A stretch of 64,000 bases of DNA from an uncultured delta proteobacterium (GTDB lineage Bacteria; Myxococcota_A; Polyangia; Polyangiales; Polyangiaceae), in NCBI GenBank assembly GCA_963716725.1, contig CAVQUB010000002.1:418601-482600 (forward strand). The letters are read 5' to 3'. The position numbers and the translations under genes are program-made. The notes beneath the pieces were generated by a model that was not told where the DNA came from, searched no databases, and saw only the letters and a list, made by a program, of their open reading frames with translations. Position 1 is the first letter of the stretch; each line of letters starts with the position of its first letter. Positions 56,415-64,000 of the stretch are shown one piece after another.

Positions 56415-56888
56415 ATGACACCCACGTCGTGGCTCACCACGAGTCCCGCCGGCCGGCTCGACCTGGACGTCAGCGGCTTGATCGAGGGCTGGGATCTTCA
56501 CGGCAACCTGCTCGCGCGCGCCGGCGCCAGTGACGTCGAGATCGCGCCCGGGCCCGGCGGAACGGTCGATGTGGCGTCGCTCATTGTGCTGGGCGTTGGG
56601 ATCAGCACCGAGACGGGCCTGAACGACGCCAAGGACAAGGCCGGTACGACCCTGCGCTTGCCGGCTGACTTTGCTACTCAGTCGCTGGTGCTGTGGAGCG
56701 AGGACGGTGACGTCGGGACTCCCGACTTCCCGGATCTGACCCCGACCGCTGCGGTGCGCCCCGGCGCATCCCCAGCCGCCCTCGTTCGTGCCACCGCCGA
56801 CTGGGGACACGTGAGCCTCTTCGCCGTCCAAGAGTTCAGTTCTCGGACCCGCACGTCAACGCTTGGCGACATCGTCAGCAAGCCTTGA
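56415..56888 (+). pseudogene. Coding-like ORF, possibly the C-terminal fragment of a larger gene
   Basis: GC3-biased reading frame with no signal peptide or clear RBS; no family recognised. Confidence 0.4.
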
Positions 56889-56980
56889 ATCTTCCGTGGC
56901 CCTGGTCAGCAGGGAACAACCCCCGAGCGCGACGTGACCGCACCCGAGCCAGTCGGGCCGCAGAGGCACGCCCCCGCGGT

Positions 56981-57507
56981 TCAGCGCGGCGCTTGCTGCT
57001 TCAGATCTGCCAGGAACTCGTCGAGCTCCCGAAGCAAGTCCCCTCGTACCACGATGAACGATCGCTCACGAACCGAGGTCACGATGCGAAACAAGCCGGT
57101 CCCTTTGCCGCGCTCTTCGACGTGGAGCGCCGTCTCCGCTTCCAGCTGCAGCAGGCGCTTCCACAATCCTCGGACCCGCTCGACGTCGAGGGTTCCGCTC
57201 GCGGGATTCCCCCGCTATACAACCCTGACGAGCTCCGCTCTGGTGTGACCGGCGAATACGAGAATCTCGCGCGCTCACCCGTCTCGGTCGGCTCGAATTG
57301 GAACGTATTGCCGCTGCCGTCGTGGTAGCGCACGCTCCACGGGGGTGAGGGCACGGCGGACCTCGGCACACCGGGTTCGTCGCTCGTGGTCTCGGGAGGG
57401 CTCACGGAAACCGCTCTTGGTTCGGACGGTGGAGGCGTCTCGGTGCAGCCGAGGGCCGCGAGGCTCGCGCAGGCGACCCACAGAGCGGCGAGTTCCCGGA
57501 TCGGCAT
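56981..57507 (-). CDS. Lipoprotein of unknown function; frameshift near 57207
   Basis: Lipobox ALGC; YHDGSGN...VTPERSSSGLYSGG, then frame change to GTLDVERVRGLWKRL...RGKGTG; one base missing in gggggaatccc. Confidence 0.65.
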
Positions 57508-57640
57508 GGCTCGGGAAGATTACACGATGCGCTCATCGGCGCGCCGATCCGGACCGCTTCCGGGATCCCGCGGCACCGATCGGTGACCGTGGGAGTCGTG
57601 CCACGACACCGAAGGTGGGGCAGACTCCGAGGGACGCAGC

Positions 57641-58042
57641 ATGCGAGCGCGACGTTTCATCCTGGTTCTTGCGGTGCTTGGCGCCGTCGCGCTCCACGGC
57701 GCGTGCGGGGGCTCGACGGACTCCGACCTCGCGTCGGATGGCGGAACGGATGGCCCGGTCGACGCCCCAGGCGAGGACGCCGCGAGCGACCCGGCGACGG
57801 ACGGCGACGCCCAACCCGACACGCCTGACGCTGGCGACCACGACGCCGACGCCGCGCTCGAGGCCGACGCCTTCTGCGGTTGCCCGACCGATCCGCCGCT
57901 GACCCTTGGCCCTTGCTGCGGCCCATCTACATCCTCGTGCTTGTGGTGCAACGCCGCCAAGTGGGAGCTCATCACGGCGATCTGCAAGGGCGGGGAATGG
58001 GTGGTCAACATGCAGCAAGACACCCCCTGCGGAACCGACTGA
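57641..58042 (+). CDS. Small lipoprotein with Asp/Ala linker and Cys-rich C-domain
   Basis: Lipobox HGAC; DA-rich linker; CGC...CC...C..C...C...C. Confidence 0.7.
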   Translation: MRARRFILVLAVLGAVALHGACGGSTDSDLASDGGTDGPVDAPGEDAASDPATDGDAQPDTPDAGDHDADAALEADAFCGCPTDPPLTLGPCCGPSTSSCLWCNAAKWELITAICKGGEWVVNMQQDTPCGTD

Positions 58043-58087
58043 CCGCACCGCCGCTTTCCCCATCGAGGCGCCCCCAGCGACCGACTC

Positions 58088-58425
58088 ATGCCAGCACACT
58101 CCCGAACGTCGAGCGCATTGGCGGCCACGCCGCCGGCCGTCGACGCGCCGACAACCACGCGGCTCATGCGAGCATTGCTCTTGCTCGCCGCTGAAGGCGC
58201 GAGCCTCGCCTGCTTCCTGCTCGCGCTGCGCGGGCGCAAGTGGCTTCCGGCCTTCGTCGCCCACAACGACGTCCCATCGGCGGTGCGCGAGCGCCTCATC
58301 ACCTGGACGCTGGTGGGCGCGGCCATTCCATGATGAAGGTCAGCCGGAACTTCGTGGTCCTACGGCGCGGCGCGCCGATCGACCGCAACGCCGAGCTCCT
58401 CCAGAACCTCGAGGCACGCAAATAG
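58088..58425 (+). pseudogene. Probable internally deleted membrane-protein gene (N- and C-terminal ends only; DUF2079-like by recollection)
   Basis: RALLLLAAEGASLA...WLPAFVAHND...LVGAAIP* directly followed in another frame by FVVLRRGAPIDRNAELL...*. Confidence 0.4.
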
Positions 58426-58498
58426 GCACCCCCGCCTCTTTCGAGACGAGGGGTTTCGACATACCGAACGGAGGAATCGAAAGCGAACGTCGAGAACT

Positions 58499-58618
58499 TC
58501 AGCCGCCGCCGCGACGCTGGAACGTAGGAGTGTCCCAGTCCGCGTCCGCGTCGAGAGACGCAGGTGTTGTTGCCCCAACCCGCGCGTCCTCGATCGAGGT
58601 TCGGCGCGAGCGACTCAC
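58499..58618 (-). other. 39-codon ORF or remnant ending in an FtsZ C-terminal-peptide-like sequence
   Basis: GTG 58618 to TGA 58499: VSRSRRTSIEDARVGATTPASLDADADWDTPTFQRRGGG*. Confidence 0.45.
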
Positions 58619-58696
58619 TGCCGCGCACTGTCTTCGGTCGCGCGACGACCCTGGGAAGTCCCCGACGGGCTCACGATTGAGCGCACCTTTCCTGAC

Positions 58697-58818
58697 CTAA
58701 CCGGAAGCCGATCTCCAGCAGTAACAGGTGATGGTGGCCGCGCCCGAGGACGATCCATGTCGAGCAGCTTCTCGACGCGGTACTTCCCCGCGAGAACGTC
58801 CCCTTCGTTGACGGTCAT
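58697..58818 (-). pseudogene. Ser/Thr kinase remnant (first 19 codons plus a short out-of-frame tail)
   Basis: MTVNEGDVLAGKYRVEKLL breaks off just before the Gly-rich loop; a shifted frame reads GSSSGAATITCYCWRSASG*. Confidence 0.6.
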
Positions 58819-59084
58819 GGATCCGAGGCCACCACACGGCGATGCGACAGCCCAATTAGCGCGGCCCGCGCAAGTTCGTCCACAGTCATTTCTTCCAGAG
58901 CGGGACCGAACCAACGCGCCCGTCCTTTGGCGATGTTTGCCGTCGCCCGCTGCGACCGAGCCGACCGGCGCGGGGCCCTCCATCTCCGTGAGACTGCTCG
59001 TGGTGGCAGCCGTATGCAATCGTCTCCGCTGCTTTGCTCTTCCTACGCTTCGCGTACCGTAAGCCTTCTGATAGCGTCCCGCCG

Positions 59085-60008
59085 ATGACTTGGAGAACGG
59101 TCTGTTTCGCCTTGCTTATCATGGCGACCGCTTCCCGCGCAGCCTTGGCACAGGTCGCCGACGACACCGTCTTCCTGAAGAGTGGCGGTCGCATCCGCGG
59201 TACGGTCATGGTGGAAGATCCGTCCAGTGGCGTGCGGGTGAAGCTCAGCGACGGCACCGTACGCGAGGTTCCAGCGGCCGACGTGGCGCGCGTCGAGTAC
59301 GCGAGCGACGCGCACTCGGCAGCGCCTCCAGCTGCTCCCGCCCCCGCGCTGACCGCGCCGGGAGCTGCGCCGGTCGCTCCTGCGGCCGCAGACGCCACGA
59401 CCGAAGACGACTCCGGACGGCGTATCGCTTTCGAGCTGGGAGGCATCCTTGGGCCGGCATTCGGGCAGACGACCGGCTTTCGCGCCTCTGCGTTCGCGGG
59501 CCTGCAAGTTCCGCTGGGCGAGCGCTGGCTCGTCGGCGCGCGAGTCGGCACGCTCGCCTATTTCTACAGTACCTCCGCGAGAACGGACGGCTACTCCACG
59601 AGCCACGGCAGTGAACCCAGCTACTACCTGGTTGGACAAAACGCCGCGTCGGGGCAGTTGGCGGGCGCCCTGCTGACCGGCCTCGTGGGCTACTCACTCA
59701 GTCCTTCGCTCTTCGTGCGCGCGGGTGCCATTGCTGGTTTCGCAGGCGGCACCGCGAGCGCCGACCTGTGCGACAAGTTCTCGACCAGTGGCGCCGTCTA
59801 CGGCTTCGACGCCACCTTCGGCATGACCTTGGGCAAGAGAAAGAACATCGAGCTCGCGCTCAGCATCGACGGCCTCGTGCTTCCCACCGGCAGCTGCTCC
59901 GAAATAAAAGACGACCAGACCTCCACCAGCTCAAGGGGCGAAACAGATATCAACGACGATGACATGGTCTTGAACCCCGCCGTCAGCGCCAGCTTCGCCT
60001 GGCGCTAA
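59085..60008 (+). CDS. Secreted protein: small N-terminal beta domain, Pro/Ala linker, probable outer-membrane beta-barrel
   Basis: Signal peptide (ALA-Q); DTVFLKSGGRIRGTV...DGTVREVPAADVARVEY; alternating strands; ends SASFAWR. Confidence 0.65.
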   Translation: MTWRTVCFALLIMATASRAALAQVADDTVFLKSGGRIRGTVMVEDPSSGVRVKLSDGTVREVPAADVARVEYASDAHSAAPPAAPAPALTAPGAAPVAPAAADATTEDDSGRRIAFELGGILGPAFGQTTGFRASAFAGLQVPLGERWLVGARVGTLAYFYSTSARTDGYSTSHGSEPSYYLVGQNAASGQLAGALLTGLVGYSLSPSLFVRAGAIAGFAGGTASADLCDKFSTSGAVYGFDATFGMTLGKRKNIELALSIDGLVLPTGSCSEIKDDQTSTSSRGETDINDDDMVLNPAVSASFAWR

Positions 60009-60099
60009 CCTTTGAAGCGGTCAGCTGGGCGTCAGCATCCGTTCCGGCTCGTCATGGGCTGACGCCAACCTCGGCATGATCCGGATGCTGTGCAATGTG

Positions 60100-60325
60100 T
60101 CACGGACGAAGACCAGAGCGCGCACGACGGCGGCGTTGTACGCCAGCTACAAGGAGGGCGGTCACCCACGCGTAGCGATCCCCGCGCCGCTCCCTTGGCA
60201 GACGACACCCGCAGCCGTCGTCGTCACCGCCCGTGCCGGCGCCCATCGCGCCGCCCTTGCCGCCTGCTCCGCCGTTTCCGAACGCTGCCGCTCGCACCGC
60301 CGCCTCCGCCGCTGCCACCTGCTAG
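60100..60325 (-). pseudogene. Orphan Gly-rich linker plus MYXO-CTERM-like tail
   Basis: AGGSGGGGGASG / GGAGGKGG..GTGGDDDGCGCRL...WVTALLVAGVQRRRR, with a frame change in the linker and no upstream passenger domain. Confidence 0.6.
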
Positions 60326-60400
60326 CGTTCGAACTCGATGACGCGGAACCTGGGGAGCGCCGTCGTCGCGCTCGAGGTCCAAGTTTCGGCCGTGCACCTC

Positions 60401-61234
60401 TCAGCGGCGCGGGGCGGCAAGGGCCTCCTCCGCGGCCACCTCGACCTCGCGGAGCGTCACGAGGTGCGCGAGAGCGCTCTGTGTGCGCGTCTGGGTCTTC
60501 GCGAAGACCTCACGCAGCTGCGTCCGGACGGTGTGCCAGGAGGTGCCACGCGAGCTGGCGATCTCCTGGGGCGAACGACCGCGACCGATCTGCACAGCGA
60601 CACGAGCCTCGGTGGGCGTCAGCCTGTAGAGGCTTGAGAGGCGAGCTTCGAGCTTCGAGGTGACGGCCGCGTCCCCGGCAATACGAGCGACGTCGAGCGG
60701 CCTGGCCTCGAGGGCCTCGATGCGATCCCGCAACGCGAGCGACCGCTCCAGGTGCGGTGCGAGCGCTCGCGCCACGCGGTCGGCCTCAGAGTCGAAGCGG
60801 CGCGAGCCGGCGCCCTTCATGACGCCGAAGGTCACGACACGCTCGCTCGTGCGTGCGAGGAGGCCGCCGATGAGATTGTCGAAGCCGCTCGGCAGCGCGA
60901 GCTCGTTGTAAAACGCGCTTGCCTCGACCACAGCGCGAGGGCTGAGCGCGTCACCATGGCCGATGGTGCCGACGGGCTTGTCCCAGATGCTCGCGGCCCA
61001 CGGGTCGTCCCTCCAGTAGTGCTCGACGTAGGCGCGGTCGAAGCTCGGCTCGAGCCCGACCCACTCCTGCCTCACGCCCACGCCGACCGTCTCGATGCGT
61101 ACCCCGGCCGCGCGGGCGTCGAGCAGCTTCGCGAATTCGGCCAGGGCGCTGCCCAGGCGCGAAGGCTCGAGGACGGCCGCGTAGAGATGGTCGACCACGT
61201 CCAGCAGGGCGAGCGAAAGCCGGGAGCCTTGCAC
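60401..61234 (-). CDS. LuxR-family HTH transcriptional regulator with GAF-like N-terminus
   Basis: LYAAVLEPS.., SAFYNE, LAPHLERSLAL, YRLTPTEARVA...GRSPQEIA...TVRTQLREVFAKT. Confidence 0.9.
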   Translation of the reverse strand: MQGSRLSLALLDVVDHLYAAVLEPSRLGSALAEFAKLLDARAAGVRIETVGVGVRQEWVGLEPSFDRAYVEHYWRDDPWAASIWDKPVGTIGHGDALSPRAVVEASAFYNELALPSGFDNLIGGLLARTSERVVTFGVMKGAGSRRFDSEADRVARALAPHLERSLALRDRIEALEARPLDVARIAGDAAVTSKLEARLSSLYRLTPTEARVAVQIGRGRSPQEIASSRGTSWHTVRTQLREVFAKTQTRTQSALAHLVTLREVEVAAEEALAAPRR

Positions 61235-61309
61235 GACCCTCAGCGTAGCCCGTCTAGTCCACCTGGGGGATGCGCCGCCGCGGGAGGGCGGTGAGAATGG
61301 AGGATCTTC

Positions 61310-63995
61310 ATGGCAAAATCACGCGCGTTTCTCGCGGCTCTCGTGCTCGGGATCTCTGCGGCCGGAGGGGGTTGCTCGTCATCCGACACGGACTCCCCGG
61401 CGGCAGCCTCGGGTGATTCGATCCGCTACAAGCTCTTCGACTGGACGCGCGAGCTGACGCCCGAGACGCTCGCTGCCATCGAGAACGTCAGCACTGAGGA
61501 CGGATCGATCCGATTTCTCGGTAGCCCTCCCCAGCTCGCAGGCCTCGAGCGAGGAGACATCCTCGTCACGGGGCTCCACGACTCGACACCGAAGGGACTG
61601 CTCCGGCAGGTGCTCGAGGTGAAGTCCGACGGCGGCGATACGGTGGTAATGACCCAGCCGGCGCCGATCCAGCTCGCGTTCAAGAGCCTGCACGCGAAGG
61701 TCGGGGCGCGGACCAGCGGGCTCGGCGGCACCAAGTCCTTCGGAGGCACGCAGCCTCAGGCCAAGCACTCGACCAGCAGCCGAGTCGGCGGCGGCCAGCA
61801 CCTCGACTGGCAGGTCTTCGACGCGGACGGCAAGCGCGAGACGAAGGACGACCAACTCTACGTGACAGGCGACGTGGCAGGCACGCTCGGCTTCAGCGTG
61901 TACATCGACCTCGACTGGCTCGAGGACCCGAAGAAGGCGGCCAAGGAGCTCGCCTGCGCCGTGAGCGTCGTGTTCTGCGCGCCTGACCTCCCGGACGTGA
62001 AGATCGGCGCCAGCGCCGAGGCTACCGCCAAGGCGGTCATCGAGGTCGAGGGCGCGGCGGCGACGAGCTTCGACCACGACGAGTTCCCGATCGCGGGCTC
62101 ATCCTTCTCCCTCGAGCCGATCAGCATCGGACCGGTCCTGATCTTTCCGGAGATCGACTTCGTGGCGCTGGTCACCGGCTCGGCGACGAGCCGCGTCCAC
62201 GTCAAGGCGGGGCTCGAATACTCGGTAGCGACGGACGTATCGGTCGGCCTGAAGAGCGGCGCGCAGTTCAATCCGCCGAAGTTCACCAAGCAGATCACGC
62301 CACCGACGGTCGACGTGATGCTCACCTCCGAGCTCAAGGCGAGCGTGGGGCCGCGGCTGAAGCTCCTCTTCTGGGACACCTTCGGCCCGAGCTTCGCGGT
62401 GCAGGGTTACGGAAAGCTACGCGCCAACACCGAGCAGACGCCTTGCTGGGCGCTCGATGTCGGTGTTGAGTTGGTCGCCGGGATCAACCTTCGCATCCCG
62501 TGGAGCATCTTCGGGCTCTCGAAGCTCGGGCAGGTCCTCGGCCTCAGCGGCGACATCGCTAGCAAGTCGTTCCCCCCATTCAACCTCTTCGAGGTCCCGA
62601 GCGTGCTCACCGGCGCGTGCGGGAAGATCCCGGACGACATCTATCCGCCGGGCGACGGACCGACCGCGGAGGTCTACAAGGCCCCGAAGTTCACGCCGTG
62701 GTCGCGACGCTTCGACAGCGATGCCTTCACCTTCCCGTTCAGTGGCGGGGTCGCGGTCGACGCAATCCATGTGAGCAAGGCCATCGACGGCACCTGGCTC
62801 GTGGGTGGGCTGGGCTTTCCGGGGGTGATGAAGCTCGCGGAGGACGGCCAGCTGGTGTGGTCGAAGGGGTTCAAGCTGCCTCGCACGCTCCCCGGTGAGG
62901 TCGATGACGCGGAGGACGCCGCCCGGTCGACACTGGTGGCGCAGGCGCAAAATACGAACATTTGGGTGGCGACGTCGCGCTTCACCGTGATGCAGCTCGA
63001 CCAGGAGGGAGACGTGCTGTGGTCGCGACGCTACGTCCCCGGCGACGCGAAGCTGCAGGGCTCGGTCGAGGCCACGGGGCTCGTGGGCACCGACGACGGT
63101 GGAGCGCTCGTCGTCTACAGCGTGCGGGACACGCCTTCGGACGGCCCGGCCGTGGTGCTCAGGCTGGACCGGAACGGCAAGCTCCTGTTCTCGAAGACCT
63201 TCGCCTACGAGACTTCGAAGACCTTCGTTCCGGGGTTCACTGCCGCGGACGCGGGTGACGTGTTTGTCTCGGGCTACTCGTGGGAGCCAGGCTCGAACAC
63301 CGGGCACGTGGCGCGGCTCCGGCCCGACGGGACGACCGTCTTCGCGAAGAAGGTCGGCATGTGCGGGAGCGATCGCGTGAAGCCCGGGCCGGGCCTTCGG
63401 CTGGCGTCGGGGGCGTTTGCGTTCTCGGGGACGTTCAGCCTGGCGCCGGAGCACTCGATGCTCGCGCAGGTGGCCCCCGACGGGTCGACCGCCACGGCGG
63501 CGAGCTGGTGGACGGGCAGCTCCGTGAAGGACGCTAGCTCAAACGCGCTCGTGCAGCTGCCGATTCTCGGGGTTCCTGAGCCTCGGCATCGGCGTTCCGG
63601 TGAAGCAGACCTCGCTCCTGCTCTCGTCCCACGACGGGCAGGGGCTCATCACCTGGCAGCGCGAGCTCCTGATGGGGGCTCCGCCGACCGCGTTCGAGGT
63701 ACGTCCAGGTGCGTTGCGCATGACCAACGACGGCGGAGTCCTCGCCTTCGCATTGGCAGTGGACGAGTCGCTGCGCACGGGGCTCTGGGTGTCGAAGCTC
63801 CCGGCGCGCACGGGCGAAGCGGCCTTTGACGCGGCACAAGTGACGACCAGCGCGGGATCGCTCGTTTCCGAAACCTGCGCGATGACGCTCACGCCCGACA
63901 CGCTGGCGCTGCTCGATCTGCCGCTCGAGACCATCGAGGCGAACAACGTGGTGGTGGCGAATGTGCCGCTGGACGTGGTGAAGCTGATCCCCTGA
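61310..63995 (+). CDS. Large lipoprotein with beta-rich N-region and probable C-terminal beta-propeller; frameshift near 63565
   Basis: GGAGG RBS; lipobox-like GGGC; repeated KL..DG.L.WS(K/R) blades; ORF 61310..63829 loses coding bias after LVQLPI while the frame of ORF 63600..63995 continues the blades. Confidence 0.75.
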
Positions 63996-64000
63996 GGGGT

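Noticed and set aside
56300..60400. Prophage, IS or integron as the cause of the fragment zone
   Set aside because: No integrase, transposase, attC-like repeats, terminal inverted repeats or phage genes were recognised.
1..64000. tRNA, rRNA, defence systems, reverse transcriptase/DGR; abundant TCGA/CTCGAG words
   Set aside because: No such genes were recognised. The TCGA abundance appears to follow codon usage (CTC-GAG, ATC-GAG) and cannot be tested without computation.

Overview
GC-rich, gene-dense bacterial chromosome segment. The gene repertoire (Hanks-type Ser/Thr kinases, Cys-rich lipoproteins, vWA lipoproteins, MYXO-CTERM-like tails) suggests a myxobacterium, probably Polyangiaceae-like; this is inference. 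About 50 CDS were found. Housekeeping and stress genes include mpg-coaBC-CPBP, gloA, yebC, two-domain PPK2, glutathione peroxidase, hflKC, PPi-type PFK, Usp, a GNAT-nitrilase fusion, a cation:proton antiporter and an SLC13 permease. These are interleaved with many secreted or lipid-anchored, disulfide-rich proteins. I saw no rRNA, tRNA, CRISPR array, transposase or integrase. Main leads: (1) a translationally coupled kinase-HEAT / catalytically dead HD-GYP-DUF4388 pair that appears to share one uncharacterised domain; (2) two DUF4139 paralogues with different inserts (OmpA-like vs Gly-rich) at the same site; (3) a Cys-rich adhesin plus tandem-duplicated vWA lipoproteins with a sigma54-like promoter; (4) a 56-60 kb zone of gene remnants, including a hidden 39-codon ORF ending in an FtsZ-tail-like peptide; (5) an in-frame MYXO-CTERM-like tail behind the stop codon of a vWA gene; (6) several apparent pseudo-enzymes. 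Four single-base frameshifts look like sequencing indels. All family calls come from motif recognition by eye, not from database searches.
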